Shown here piece by piece: positions 1-10,581 of a DNA stretch of 64,000 bases. Source of the DNA: Candidatus Bathyarchaeia archaeon. Its GTDB lineage: Archaea; Thermoproteota; Bathyarchaeia; Bathyarchaeales; Bathycorpusculaceae. Every line of letters starts with the position of its first letter. The first letter of the stretch is position 1. The stretch spans positions 128,001 through 192,000 of the forward strand of contig JBEKSS010000001.1 in NCBI GenBank assembly GCA_049516875.1, read 5' to 3'. Position numbers and translations under genes: made by a program. The notes beneath the pieces were generated by a model, which made no database searches, was not told where the DNA came from, and saw nothing but the letters and a program-made list of their open reading frames with translations.

Positions 1-135
1 ATCGATGAAGAGAGAGTTGAAACATGTTTTTGATAATTTTCCAAAAGTAGACAATCCTCGAAATGAAAACGGATAGGTTTATATTTAAACAAATGGTGAT
101 AATGAACACCAAATTTAGCATCAAGGGAGAGAACT

Positions 136-531
136 ATGTCCGTTTGGCACGGTGACACGCACAAAAAAAGGCTGACTGGAGCCAGAAAAAAAAGCTATAG
201 AAAGAAGAGGAAATACGAGCAAGGCACATTTCCAGCAGAAACCCTCATGGGTGAACAGAAACGGAAAGTTGCAAGAGGAAGAGGAGGAAACCTCAAGCTC
301 AAGATACTGAGCGAAAAACAGGTGTGTGTAACCAACCCCAAAACTGGAAAGACGGAGAAAACCGAGGTCGTGCGAGTCATAAAAAACCCAGCAAACATCG
401 ACTACGACCGTCGAGGCGTAATAACCAAGGGCGCAGTGGTAGAGACACCTTTGGGTCAAGCACGCATCACGTCACGCCCTGGACAGCACGGAATATTGAA
501 TGCAGTCCTGACTGGAGAAGAAAAAACCTAG
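136..531 (+). CDS. rps8e: 30S ribosomal protein S8e
   Basis: Basic N-terminus, RGRGGNLK, RRGVITKGAVVET, ITSRPGQHG motifs. Confidence 0.97.
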   Translation: MSVWHGDTHKKRLTGARKKSYRKKRKYEQGTFPAETLMGEQKRKVARGRGGNLKLKILSEKQVCVTNPKTGKTEKTEVVRVIKNPANIDYDRRGVITKGAVVETPLGQARITSRPGQHGILNAVLTGEEKT

Positions 532-534
532 TCC

Positions 535-852
535 TCACTTCAACCCAAGTGTGCTGCGCATTTTTAGAAGCTGTTTGGCGATAAGAAGGACTATCTGGCC
601 TTTTGAACCTTTTCCCTTTACCTGAATCATGCCGGTTTTCAGCCACGGCGTCTTAGAATAACCAACATCGGCAACAAGTTCATGAGGTAGACCAAGCTTC
701 TCCGCGGCCTCCTTCACCTCTACAATTCTTGGGGAGGGCACAGCCAGATTCTTCGGCACTCTTCTTCCGTCATTTCTTGTTTTGGTTGAATCGAAGTAAG
801 CTGGCCAAATGATTATCTTCTCTTGCTGCCGCATACCTTTCCTCTCGGTCAC
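535..852 (-). CDS. srp19: Signal recognition particle protein SRP19 (start may be 834)
   Basis: IIWPAYFDS..TRNDGRRVPKNLAV..P signature. Confidence 0.95.
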   Translation of the reverse strand: MTERKGMRQQEKIIIWPAYFDSTKTRNDGRRVPKNLAVPSPRIVEVKEAAEKLGLPHELVADVGYSKTPWLKTGMIQVKGKGSKGQIVLLIAKQLLKMRSTLGLK

Positions 853-2621
853 TTTTGTGCGAAGTAGGCCGTTAACTTATCGTTGACTTGGTCTATCCTC
901 ACGAAGCCAAACCGCTCGAACTGTATCACATCGTCCTTCTTTAACCTTTTACAAACACCCTCTGCAATGCCCTCGGCCAACGTTGCATCAGGCATCACAA
1001 CCTGGCAGGGCATGTCCTCGCCGACTGGAACCCAGTGAATCAACTGCGCCTTGATATCTCTTGCCTGCGCGTAGGACTCACTCTCAAAAGAGGCCTCAGC
1101 CGCGTAGACGCTTGCACATATGATCTTAACGTTGAACAATTCCATCAGCCGAAGCACCGTCCCAACCTTTGAAGAGTCCACATCTCTTCTCGAAACCCAA
1201 AAAGCCACACTGCCATCGTTTCCCATAGGCACTATCCTGTATTCCCTTAAACCCCTTTCAGGATTATCAGGATGTAAGTGAAGTCTTGCAACAAACTCTT
1301 TGGGTACATGCTTCACACTCAATTCTATCGGGTTCTGCACAAAGAAGTATCTGTCAGCGACCGGATCCAATATCTTGCGATTGTGAGCGTACAGGTTCTC
1401 CCAGCTCAGCACAACATCTGAAGTTTTGGGTCCAATGTCAATCATCAGCTTCCTAATCGCATCAGGGGTTATTCCACGCCTCCGCAATGCCAAAAGAGTT
1501 GCCAGACGTGGATCATCCCAGTCCTTGTAAAGCCCTTCCCTCATCCCTTGAACAATTTTTGATTTGCTCAAGGAAGCTCCGGTAATCTTTAGCCTGCCGT
1601 AATGTATGGTCTCAGGATACTTCCAGCCCAGGTGTAGGTACATGTATTCCTGACGAACTTGATTCGTGAGATGCTCTTTCCCCCGGATAATATGAGTGAT
1701 CCCCATGAGATGGTCGTCAACGCCCGCTGCAAGATTGTAAAGTGGCCAAACGCGATACTTGCTTCCAACTCTTGGATGAGGGTACTTCTCAGTGTCAAGA
1801 ACGCGGAGTGCAGGCCAATCACGCACCGCAGGGTTGGGATGGTTCAAGTCCGTCTTGACGCGGACAACGGCTTCACCTTGTCTGTATCCTCCTTCAAGCA
1901 TGCGCCGCCATCTTGCTAGATGTTCTTCCTTAGGACAATCGCGACATTCACAGGGCTTATGAGCCAAGATTCTCTTTCGAAACTCCTCAGGCACACATGT
2001 GCAGACATAAGCGTTACCGTCATTGAGTAGCTTTTCAGCATACTCGTAATATATTGGTATTCTGTCGCTTTGGATGTACTCTCCATCCGGCTTACATCCA
2101 AGCCAAGCCAAATCCCTTCTGATGCGATCGTAGAACTCCAAAACAGGCCTTTTCAGCTTAGGATCAGTGTCCTCGAACCGAAGTATAAATTTGCCATCGT
2201 ACATGCGAGCGTACTCGTGGCACAATACTATGGCTCTGGCAGAGCCCAAATGCAACACACAGTCAGGATTCGGCGAATAACGCGTGACAATTCGCTGATA
2301 GTTCGCCGCATTCGGCAAAGGCGGCAGATGCCTCTCTTCCTGCACCTTCTCTTTTACGAGAGCCTCGGGCCATTTTTCCTCAATGATGTGCAGTTGTTCA
2401 TGCAAAGAAAGACCGTTGACTTCTCGGATAACCTCGTTAACTAGGTCCGACACTTCCTTGACTCGGGTTCTGTATTCAGGCTTTTCGCCCAATGTTTTTC
2501 CGACAACTGGACCGGTTTGTGCCTTACCCTCGTGCTTAACTGCATTTAACAAAGCCATCTTGCGAATGAACTCTTTGAGCTCCGTGTTAGTTTTGGCCGT
2601 CAAAGTGTTACACTCAATCAT
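849..2621 (-). CDS. gltX: Glutamyl-tRNA synthetase, archaeal type
   Basis: TRYSPNPD..LHLGSAR (HIGH-like), LRFEDTDP, IIRGKEH, LSKS, QFERFGF. Confidence 0.97.
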   Translation of the reverse strand: MIECNTLTAKTNTELKEFIRKMALLNAVKHEGKAQTGPVVGKTLGEKPEYRTRVKEVSDLVNEVIREVNGLSLHEQLHIIEEKWPEALVKEKVQEERHLPPLPNAANYQRIVTRYSPNPDCVLHLGSARAIVLCHEYARMYDGKFILRFEDTDPKLKRPVLEFYDRIRRDLAWLGCKPDGEYIQSDRIPIYYEYAEKLLNDGNAYVCTCVPEEFRKRILAHKPCECRDCPKEEHLARWRRMLEGGYRQGEAVVRVKTDLNHPNPAVRDWPALRVLDTEKYPHPRVGSKYRVWPLYNLAAGVDDHLMGITHIIRGKEHLTNQVRQEYMYLHLGWKYPETIHYGRLKITGASLSKSKIVQGMREGLYKDWDDPRLATLLALRRRGITPDAIRKLMIDIGPKTSDVVLSWENLYAHNRKILDPVADRYFFVQNPIELSVKHVPKEFVARLHLHPDNPERGLREYRIVPMGNDGSVAFWVSRRDVDSSKVGTVLRLMELFNVKIICASVYAAEASFESESYAQARDIKAQLIHWVPVGEDMPCQVVMPDATLAEGIAEGVCKRLKKDDVIQFERFGFVRIDQVNDKLTAYFAQK

Positions 2622-3692
2622 CTAGATTTTTCTCTCAATCAAGAACTCTGCAAAAGCTTTTAATTTTTCCTTTGCCTCTGAAACGGGTAGAAGCTGCTCG
2701 GCCTCGTTCCAGCTTCTCTTGACAATTCTTCTGGCAAACCGTTTGGCATACTCCATAGAGTCATACCTCTGCATTATGGCAATAGCCTCGTCTCTGAGCT
2801 TCTGATCCGAAGTGTGCATGTTGAGGATTTCAACGAGTCTTTTCCTGTCCCTGATGTTTGAAACTTTGAGGGTGTGTATGACTGGTAGGCTCCGCTTTCC
2901 TTCGGTTATGTCTTGTCCACGTCCCCCTTTTTTCTCTGCGAACTGAGCGCTCGTCAGGTCTAGAACGTCGTCTTTCAATTGGAAGCCTATGCCCAAGCTT
3001 TCAGCGAAATACCCAAGCTTTTCGACCAGCTGCTCGTCTGCATCGCACAGGACAGCAGCAATCTTGACAGCCATTCTTGCCAAAGTTCCAGTTTTGTACG
3101 CGCACATCTGCAAATAGTCCTTTTCACTGATTTCATCTGCGTTTGCCATGCCCCGATGCCATGCAATGTCCATCGCCTGCCCAAGGCTCAGATTAATCAT
3201 CTCCTGAGCGTAGACTTCATAGACCTGGGCGAGTTTTCTCTGTGAAACCTCGTCCCTGTTTTCCAGTAGCGGCAGAAGCGGCAGGTAATACATCGCGTTT
3301 CCCGCGTTTATGGCAATGTCCAACCCGAATATCTTGTATGTACACGGTTTGCCCCGTCGATATTCAGAGGCGTCTTCTATGTCATCAACCATCAAGGTCC
3401 CATTGTGCACTATCTCCGGAATTATCGCAAAATCAACGAAATCGGTGAGCCTCTTGCCAAGTGCTTCACACACTAACAGGAACAGCGTTGGACGCCAACG
3501 CTTTCCGCCCCTGTCAAGGAACTCCCAGATCGGATCAACAATTGCCTTGTTCAAGGCTTTCAAGTTGTAAGCATACCGCGGCTGATTGATTCTGAAAAGA
3601 ATGGCGTTCTTTGACAAAGTTCTCGGGATGTACCTTTCAATCGCTTTGTTCACCACTGAGACAGTCTCTTCAAGAAACTCTTCGAAACCCAA
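2622..3692 (-). CDS. idsA: Polyprenyl/geranylgeranyl diphosphate synthase
   Basis: GGKRWRP, DDIED..RRG (FARM), FQLKDDVLD (SARM). Confidence 0.93.
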   Translation of the reverse strand: MGFEEFLEETVSVVNKAIERYIPRTLSKNAILFRINQPRYAYNLKALNKAIVDPIWEFLDRGGKRWRPTLFLLVCEALGKRLTDFVDFAIIPEIVHNGTLMVDDIEDASEYRRGKPCTYKIFGLDIAINAGNAMYYLPLLPLLENRDEVSQRKLAQVYEVYAQEMINLSLGQAMDIAWHRGMANADEISEKDYLQMCAYKTGTLARMAVKIAAVLCDADEQLVEKLGYFAESLGIGFQLKDDVLDLTSAQFAEKKGGRGQDITEGKRSLPVIHTLKVSNIRDRKRLVEILNMHTSDQKLRDEAIAIMQRYDSMEYAKRFARRIVKRSWNEAEQLLPVSEAKEKLKAFAEFLIERKI

Positions 3693-3695
3693 ACT

Positions 3696-4799
3696 TCAAT
3701 TCCCTCCTCTTCTCGCATAGGACTCAACATCGAACCCCCTTACCCTCAGCCACTCAGACGTCCTACCCACCATGACAACCGGAGCCTTACACAAAGCTTC
3801 AATCGACTCTGCACCGACGAGGAACATCACATTTCTCAATTCGTCCATCAAAAGCGAAAGCATACCCCTCGTCTCCTGAACCCCTTTGACCGCAGCCCGC
3901 AAGACAGGCTGAGAAAGGCTCGTCAAACTTGAACCTAAGGCCAACGCTTTGGCAACATCCACTCCATTACGCACTCCTCCAGAAGCGATAACTGGAATGC
4001 TCACTGTTTGGGAAACCTCAACAACGCTTGCGGCTGTTGGAATACCCCAATCCCAGAAAAGGTCTCCCAGTCTGCGTCGGAAAGCGTCTTGAAGCTCCTT
4101 TGCGCGGTAATATTCAACTGCCGCCCAACTTGTGCCACCCGCTCCGCTCACGTCTATGCCCTTGGCTCCTGCAGCTTGCAGCTTTTTTGCCTCTTCAGCA
4201 GCTATGCCAGCGCCTGTCTCCTTGATGATAATAGGCTTGTCCAATTCTTCAGCGATTTGGCCCACCTTTTCAAGGATTCCTGCAAAGTTTGTCTGGCCTT
4301 CTGGCTGAGCTGTCTCCTGCAACGCATTCAGATGTATCGCCAACGCATCTGCCTCAATCATGTTCATCGCCTTCTTGACTTCTTTCAAGCCGTATCCGTT
4401 AACGAGCTGCACTCCGCCGATGTTTGCAATCAGAAAGGCTGAGGGCGCCTTTTTTCTCGCCACTGCAAAAGATTCCTCAAGTTTCTTACCCTCTAACGCG
4501 GCGCGTTGACTACCCAAGCCCATTCCTAAACCGAGTTCCTCAATGGCCTCGGCTATTGTCGCGTTAATCTTCGTGGCTTCTTGCGTTCCGCCAGTTATGG
4601 CGCCGGCGATTAGCGGCGCGGCAAACTTGTGACCGAAAACTGTTGTTGACAAATCTATTTGTTGCCTGTTGATTTCTGGCAAGGCTTTGTGAATGAATAT
4701 TGCATCCTCGAAGCCTGTTGTCACTTTTCTGGCTTGGACGTTGTGTTTTAGTGATATGCTTATGTGCTCTGCTTTCCGTTTTCTCATCCTTTCAGTCAA
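3696..4799 (-). CDS. fni: Type 2 (FMN-dependent) isopentenyl-diphosphate isomerase
   Basis: RKAEHI, ITGG, GSQRAAL, HLNALQE..QPEG, KETGAG, GAGGTSW. Confidence 0.97.
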   Translation of the reverse strand: MTERMRKRKAEHISISLKHNVQARKVTTGFEDAIFIHKALPEINRQQIDLSTTVFGHKFAAPLIAGAITGGTQEATKINATIAEAIEELGLGMGLGSQRAALEGKKLEESFAVARKKAPSAFLIANIGGVQLVNGYGLKEVKKAMNMIEADALAIHLNALQETAQPEGQTNFAGILEKVGQIAEELDKPIIIKETGAGIAAEEAKKLQAAGAKGIDVSGAGGTSWAAVEYYRAKELQDAFRRRLGDLFWDWGIPTAASVVEVSQTVSIPVIASGGVRNGVDVAKALALGSSLTSLSQPVLRAAVKGVQETRGMLSLLMDELRNVMFLVGAESIEALCKAPVVMVGRTSEWLRVRGFDVESYARRGGN

Positions 4800-4802
4800 A
4801 AT

Positions 4803-5618
4803 CTATTCCTTCTTTATCACCGTACCTTCAACCGCTTTTCCTTCAAGAACCTTGCAGACGTAGCCAGGCTTCGAAGCATTCACCATTGTCACTGGAATCC
4901 CACGTTCGACGGCTGGCAAGAGCTCCGCCACTTTGCCGAACATACCGCCTGTAACGTCACAGGCTGTCGGCTTGCACAATCTGCTCTGAAGCTCTTTCAG
5001 CTCTTCTGGTCTTAAGTGCCTGAGCATTCTTGCGGTTTTCTCAACTTTGGGATCAGTATCATAAAGCCCGTCCACATCGACGCCGAATACTATGCGCTCT
5101 GCGTTGAATCTCATGGCAAGTGATGAGACAAGTTGATCGCCTGACAGGATGGTGAAGCCTAACCTTACGTCCATGACCGCATCGCCATAAAGGACAGGAA
5201 TAAAACCCAGCTTCAGCAATGCTTTAACCGATGCATCCTCAAAATATTTTATTCTGCCATTTTCGGTGATTATGCAAGATGACGGCGTAACACTTACTGC
5301 TGGAACATCGTGCCAAATAAGGGAATCCACGAACAGGCCGTTCAGAACCGTCATCACGTGGTGAGTCTCTGAGAACCCGATTTTCTGTGAATCCTCTTTT
5401 AAACCGTTTTTTATCGCATATCTTTTGGCCGAGGGGTGGCCGAAACTCCCGCCCCCATGGACGATTATCAAGCTTTTGACATCGGCCTTCTGGATTTCTC
5501 CCGCCAACCGATCTATTTCTTTTGTTCGAGCCGCAAGCTCCCCACCTTTGTCGGTAATGACGGATCCGCCGATCTTCAGGATTGTAAGCCTAGGTTCGCT
5601 CAATCTTGACTCCTTCAT
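4803..5618 (-). CDS. ipk: Isopentenyl phosphate kinase
   Basis: KIGGSVITDK, HGGGSFGH, DVTGGM; lies between mvk and fni. Confidence 0.95.
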   Translation of the reverse strand: MKESRLSEPRLTILKIGGSVITDKGGELAARTKEIDRLAGEIQKADVKSLIIVHGGGSFGHPSAKRYAIKNGLKEDSQKIGFSETHHVMTVLNGLFVDSLIWHDVPAVSVTPSSCIITENGRIKYFEDASVKALLKLGFIPVLYGDAVMDVRLGFTILSGDQLVSSLAMRFNAERIVFGVDVDGLYDTDPKVEKTARMLRHLRPEELKELQSRLCKPTACDVTGGMFGKVAELLPAVERGIPVTMVNASKPGYVCKVLEGKAVEGTVIKKE

Positions 5619-6573
5619 CTGTTTTTCTCGCTATGAACGGTCTTCCGCCCGCCCTCATTATTGCCTCTAAGACTTGTTCAAGCCTTTCGTTTCTTGCTAA
5701 CGCAATCATGCACCCGCCACCGCCGCCCCCTGTTAGTTTTGCGCCTAACGCTCCAGCCTTACGCGCAGCATTTATCAGCCACTCAAGTGACTCGCCAGAA
5801 ACTCCCATGCCATAAAGCAGGGCGTGATTGATGTTCATCAACTCTCCCAGAGTAGCCAAATCGTTCTCCTTGAATGCATCTATGGCTCTGAGAACGATTT
5901 CTCTGGCAACCTTTCGCAACGGTTCAAAGAGGCTTGGATATTTATCCATCACATTTCGCACTTTCTCAACTTGAACTCGTGTAGACCTCTCGACGCCTGT
6001 GTCCCCTACTACAAGCGGGATGTCCGCCTTCACTTCCAAAGGCTTGAACCCAGTATCCATTTGAAACAAGAGTGCACCGCCGAAAGTTGAAATCGCAGGA
6101 TCCACTCCTGAGGTAGTGCCGTGCACAACTTTCTCAGCGTCACAGGTGATGCGGAAAACGTCTTCCTTCGACATCTTCGCTTTGAGAAGAGAACCAGCTG
6201 CTGCCGTTACAGCGGCTATCACAGCTGCTGAAGAGCCCAAACCCACTGCGACAGGAACGGCTGAGTTGATTTCAATGTTCAGACCAACGTCTTCTCCACA
6301 CGTTCTCATGACTTTTTCCACGGCCAGCCTGATTGCCTCAAACTTCAATCTAGCCTCTTTGGCATCTCCCTTTTCAATCCTGAAATTCCCATTTTCGAAG
6401 AAGCCCGCGAAATCCAAGTTTGCCGACTGCAGATGGATGCGCTTGTCGTTGCGGCGATCGACTGTCGCATACGCTCGTCGATCTATGGCCAAAACGATGG
6501 CGGGCTCACCGTAGACTACGAAGTGCTCTCCGAAGAGTATAACCTTCGCGGGAGCTGAGGCAACGACTCCCAT
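5590..6573 (-). CDS. mvk: Mevalonate kinase
   Basis: APAKVILFGEHFVVYG, GLGSSAA, KLTGGGGGGC GHMP motifs. Confidence 0.96.
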   Translation of the reverse strand: MGVVASAPAKVILFGEHFVVYGEPAIVLAIDRRAYATVDRRNDKRIHLQSANLDFAGFFENGNFRIEKGDAKEARLKFEAIRLAVEKVMRTCGEDVGLNIEINSAVPVAVGLGSSAAVIAAVTAAAGSLLKAKMSKEDVFRITCDAEKVVHGTTSGVDPAISTFGGALLFQMDTGFKPLEVKADIPLVVGDTGVERSTRVQVEKVRNVMDKYPSLFEPLRKVAREIVLRAIDAFKENDLATLGELMNINHALLYGMGVSGESLEWLINAARKAGALGAKLTGGGGGGCMIALARNERLEQVLEAIMRAGGRPFIARKTDEGVKIERT

Positions 6574-6582
6574 TCTACACCA

Positions 6583-7434
6583 CTATTTCATGAAACACAC
6601 GGCGGCATACCCAACCACGCTTGAGTAGTCGCCAGTCACATCTCCACTGGTCTTATAGCATAATAATTTTGCCTCTCGTCCTCCCAAGATTTTCGCAGCA
6701 GTAATCAAAGCAGCTATTGGCCCATGGCCGCAAGCAGTAATGTTGTTGGTTTCGATGATTGATTGAAAGTGAGCCTCATCCATTGCTTCGATTGCTTCAA
6801 GAGCCTTCTTATCTTTCCTTTCTGCACTTTCCTGAGGCTCGTAATGAGTCATATCTGACGAAGCTATGATGACCGCTTTCTTGTCAAGCAAAACCTTAGC
6901 CACAGCCTGCCCGACCTCTCTCGCCGAAGACAAGTCCTGCATGAGGAAGCATATTGGCACAATCTTGAATCCTGAACCATAAAGATACTGGAGGAATGGA
7001 AGTTGAACCTCAATTGAATGTTCATAACTATGAGCAGAATCGTCAATGTCCACAGTACGTGATTCATACACGATTTGATTTGCCATTTCACCGTCTATTT
7101 CAACATCACCCAAAGGTGTACGCCAAACACCCTCATTCATGACGGCCAAACCGCTACCGTATCCGGTGTGATTTGGACCGAAAATAACTACAACATCAGG
7201 TTTGCCGTCAAGGGCAAGTCTATAGTAAGCATGCGCAGCAACAGGTCCTGAGAACATGTAGCCTGCATGCGGACAGATAAGCCCTATTACTTCTCGGGGG
7301 GCAGTTTTTGCAACTTCAGGAAGCTCCCCCGGTCCAAGTTTGTCCGTGAAGCATTTCTCTATTTGCCGTTTCAGTGCGTCAGAGGTTCCCTCATAAAAGG
7401 CTCCGGCTTGGCATGGACGCCGAACCTTCACCAT
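6583..7434 (-). CDS. MEMO1-family protein (AmmeMemoRadiSam protein B)
   Basis: RRP..AGAFY, PHAGYMFSG, GPNH, EHSIEVQLPFLQ, SSDMTHY, VVGYAA. Confidence 0.93.
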   Translation of the reverse strand: MVKVRRPCQAGAFYEGTSDALKRQIEKCFTDKLGPGELPEVAKTAPREVIGLICPHAGYMFSGPVAAHAYYRLALDGKPDVVVIFGPNHTGYGSGLAVMNEGVWRTPLGDVEIDGEMANQIVYESRTVDIDDSAHSYEHSIEVQLPFLQYLYGSGFKIVPICFLMQDLSSAREVGQAVAKVLLDKKAVIIASSDMTHYEPQESAERKDKKALEAIEAMDEAHFQSIIETNNITACGHGPIAALITAAKILGGREAKLLCYKTSGDVTGDYSSVVGYAAVCFMK

Positions 7435-7438
7435 CAGG

Positions 7439-8188
7439 TTAGGTTTCCTCCTCCTCCCTTGCAATCTTCGCTTCGAAATCGTCGACTGTCAGAGGCAGGT
7501 CTTTGTCCACGGGCAATTCGCCCCTCTCGCGCAGTGTTTGCCTTGCCAAGAGCCAGTAGATGACCGCCAAAGCCCGTCGTCCTTTGTTGTTCGTTGGGAT
7601 AACAAGGTCTACTCCATTAAACTCGTTGTCCGTGCTGCACAAAGCCACTACAGGTATCCCTACCGAAGCAGCCTCTTTCACAGCCTGAAGATCGGCTCTG
7701 GGGTCAGACACTATAACCACTTCTGGTTCGATGCGGTTAGGATACAATGGATTTGACAAAAGTCCCGGAATGAAACGTCCGACCACAGGAGTTGCTCCAC
7801 TTACTTGACAGAATTTGCTTATCGGTTCTTGCGCGTAAAGCCTAGCCGCGGCGGCAGCAATTTTCCCGGGTTCAAACCGTGCTAGGAATTTGCCGGCGAC
7901 CCTTATTCGATCATCCGTTTTCTTAACATCTAGGACAAACAGACCGTCAGCCCTTACACGGTATATGAACTGTTCCATGTCACCAGTTTTCATTCTGGTT
8001 CCAATGTGTATTCCAGCGGACAACAAAGTGTCTCGTGGTATCAGAAGCTCTTCTTCCGGAACGGTTTCAGCGGCTAGTTCTGTTGCCTCCGCTTTATTTT
8101 CCTCTGCCGGCTCTGCCTCGTCCTCTATCGTCTCTTCATCCCTGGTTTCTTCTTTGATATTCTCCTTGCTCTCTTCATCCTCAGACAA
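7439..8188 (-). CDS. rps2: 30S ribosomal protein S2 with acidic N-terminal extension
   Basis: LSAGIHIGT, GRFIPG..SNP, IPTNNKGRRAL. Confidence 0.97.
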   Translation of the reverse strand: MSEDEESKENIKEETRDEETIEDEAEPAEENKAEATELAAETVPEEELLIPRDTLLSAGIHIGTRMKTGDMEQFIYRVRADGLFVLDVKKTDDRIRVAGKFLARFEPGKIAAAAARLYAQEPISKFCQVSGATPVVGRFIPGLLSNPLYPNRIEPEVVIVSDPRADLQAVKEAASVGIPVVALCSTDNEFNGVDLVIPTNNKGRRALAVIYWLLARQTLRERGELPVDKDLPLTVDDFEAKIAREEEET

Positions 8189-8191
8189 ACG

Positions 8192-9454
8192 TTATCCCCC
8201 TTGAAGCATCTCAAGACTGGCCATTCCGGCCCTGTCTCCAAGAAACTCTTCGATCCTTATTAACTCGTTTATTTTTGCAATGCGAGAACCTTCAACAACT
8301 CCTGTCTTTATTATTGGGCATTTGAAAGCCAGCGCCAAGTGAGCTATGTGCCAGTCGCTCGTGTCACCTGAACGATGAGATATCACCGGCACGTATCCAC
8401 TCCTCTTTGCCATTTCGATGGTTTCCCATGCATCCGTCAGGGTGCCTACCTGGTTGACTTTTATTATGACGGCGTTGGCTGCGTGCATCTTTATTCCGCG
8501 GCTCAGTCTTTCATCGTTTGTAGTGAATAGGTCGTCGCCGCAAATCAAGCAGTTCTTGGTTTTCTTCGTCAACTCCGCGAAGCTTGCGAAATCTTCTTCG
8601 TGGAAAGCATCTTCAACATAGACCAAATGATATTTTCTGATGAGTTCGAGAATGAATTCTAGCTGTTCACCCGAGTCTCTCGTTTTCTTCTCTCTTTGAT
8701 AGTTGTAAGTTTTGTTCTTGCCGTTCCAGAGTGAAGATGATGCGGCATCAATGCCCACACCGCATTCGAAACCCATTTCTGCTCCGACTTCCTCACAGGC
8801 GCCTGTCAGAACCTCTAGAGCCTCCGTGTTTCCTACGTTGGCAACCCAAGCTCCCTCATCACTTTTTCCTTGTCCGAAGAGCTTGTCTTTCTTTACCAGA
8901 GCTTCACCGACTTTTCTATGAACTTGTATGTTGGCCGTCGCAGCCTCCAAAAAAGATTCAGCCCCATACGACAGAACCAGAAACTCCTGCAAGTCAGGAG
9001 ACTTTCCCTGAGTGTGTTGACCGCCGCTTATAGTGTTGCCAAGCGGATACGGAAGTTCATGCGCGACATGCCCGCCCAGATACTGAAACAGCAAGAGCCC
9101 GGAAGAGTTTGCGGCAGCTTCGGCACTCGCTAACGAGATGGCGAACGCGGTGTTGCCGCCAATCACTCGAAAATCTTTTGAGCCATCAATATCATGCAAC
9201 GTTTTATCAATTTCCTCTTGACAATCAGCCCCTAATCCCACCATTTCCGGCGTTATGAGTTCTTCGACCTTTTTTACCGCTTGTTCCACTCCGCCTTGCG
9301 GATAGTAGACAACCTCTGCTTTCCCCCGACTTTTCCCAGCAGGAGCTGCAACCCTACCAAAACCCGACGTTGTTATGATATCGACCTCTATCGTTTCTTC
9401 TCCTCGACTGTTGAAAACCTTCCTTGCAATTATGTCTTCAATAATTGTAGACAT
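8192..9454 (-). CDS. eno: Enolase
   Basis: NSRGEETIEVD, QEF, GDDLF, IKVNQVGT, SHRSGDT, IKTG. Confidence 0.96.
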   Translation of the reverse strand: MSTIIEDIIARKVFNSRGEETIEVDIITTSGFGRVAAPAGKSRGKAEVVYYPQGGVEQAVKKVEELITPEMVGLGADCQEEIDKTLHDIDGSKDFRVIGGNTAFAISLASAEAAANSSGLLLFQYLGGHVAHELPYPLGNTISGGQHTQGKSPDLQEFLVLSYGAESFLEAATANIQVHRKVGEALVKKDKLFGQGKSDEGAWVANVGNTEALEVLTGACEEVGAEMGFECGVGIDAASSSLWNGKNKTYNYQREKKTRDSGEQLEFILELIRKYHLVYVEDAFHEEDFASFAELTKKTKNCLICGDDLFTTNDERLSRGIKMHAANAVIIKVNQVGTLTDAWETIEMAKRSGYVPVISHRSGDTSDWHIAHLALAFKCPIIKTGVVEGSRIAKINELIRIEEFLGDRAGMASLEMLQGG

Positions 9455-9474
9455 GATTTTCCCTTTCAATTGTC

Positions 9475-9705
9475 CTAGTAATAGCTTCTTGCCTCTTTCC
9501 GTTTTTCAGCCTCTTCATAAAACCTCAACACTTCATCAAATATCTCCACGTGCGACAGAAGCATCCGCCTGCAACAGTAACGCTTGATTGCTAGACTGTC
9601 CAGAACCTCTCCAGCATTTTCCCCAGCCTTCACCCTTCTGGCGAATTCCTCCCATTTGTCTCCAATCAGTTTGCCACACGTAAAACATCTCACCGGTATT
9701 ATCAT
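9475..9705 (-). CDS. rpoN: RNA polymerase subunit N (Rpo10)
   Basis: [12 protein letters not shown]...[12 protein letters not shown]. Confidence 0.98.
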   Translation of the reverse strand: MIIPVRCFTCGKLIGDKWEEFARRVKAGENAGEVLDSLAIKRYCCRRMLLSHVEIFDEVLRFYEEAEKRKEARSYY

Positions 9706-9720
9706 TAGATTCAAACCTCT

Positions 9721-10131
9721 TTACCTGTAGCTTTTCTGGTCCCTCGACCGTGCTCCAGGTCCTCCGAACTTCTTAGGTTCTTTCTTCCTAGTGTCTCCAG
9801 CAATCATCGTTCTGTCGTATTCAGCAAAAACCGTGCGCAGATGCGCACTCTTCGTCCACTTCAGTATGGCGTTCGCAATTGCCATCCTTGCCGCTTCAGC
9901 TTGTCCCATGTAACCTCCACCTGACATTTTCACGTCTATGTCCAACTGCCTGCGAACTTCATCTCCGGCCTGTATGAGCGGTTCCATAATCTTCTCACGT
10001 GCGATGTTCGGCTCGAAAATCTCCACCGGAGTTCTGTTTATGCGTACTCTCCCGATTCCAGGCCTAATGACAGCGCGTGAAGTGGCTGTTTTTCTTTTTC
10101 CACTGACAACTAAACTTTTCTTAGCAGGCAT
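9721..10131 (-). CDS. rps9: 30S ribosomal protein S9
   Basis: [30 protein letters not shown]. Confidence 0.97.
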   Translation of the reverse strand: MPAKKSLVVSGKRKTATSRAVIRPGIGRVRINRTPVEIFEPNIAREKIMEPLIQAGDEVRRQLDIDVKMSGGGYMGQAEAARMAIANAILKWTKSAHLRTVFAEYDRTMIAGDTRKKEPKKFGGPGARSRDQKSYR

Positions 10132-10133
10132 AT

Positions 10134-10577
10134 CTATTCCCCTTGATTCCAACCTATTCCTTTCGCAAGTTCGCCAACTGTGAAATATGAGCAAGTCAAC
10201 TTCTTAGCTTGAGCATCTGCCAGAGTATCCATCTTCTGGTCTTTAACATTATCTGGGACTCCAATGAACACTTGGAGCCTTCTGTAAGCTTGGATGCCTT
10301 TCGGCTGCCTGATTGGAAGCATGCCTTTAACCGCCTTTCTGACTATCCGATCTGGTCTTCTGTAATGGAAGGGCCCTCTATTTACGCCTCCAACATCAAG
10401 AAATTCCTTTGCTTCGCTTACCTTGCTTCTCCTTCTTCCAGAAAGAACGGCTTTTTCAGCGTTCACGATCACTACTTGTTCGCCCTCCAGCAGTCTCTTG
10501 GCAATCCTGCTTGCCATTCTGCCCAGAATGAGCCCGTCGGCATTTACTACAGTGGCAGTTTTGCTCATTGTCTCCAT
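10134..10577 (-). CDS. rpl13: 50S ribosomal protein L13
   Basis: [27 protein letters not shown]. Confidence 0.97.
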   Translation of the reverse strand: METMSKTATVVNADGLILGRMASRIAKRLLEGEQVVIVNAEKAVLSGRRRSKVSEAKEFLDVGGVNRGPFHYRRPDRIVRKAVKGMLPIRQPKGIQAYRRLQVFIGVPDNVKDQKMDTLADAQAKKLTCSYFTVGELAKGIGWNQGE

Positions 10578-10581
10578 TTTT

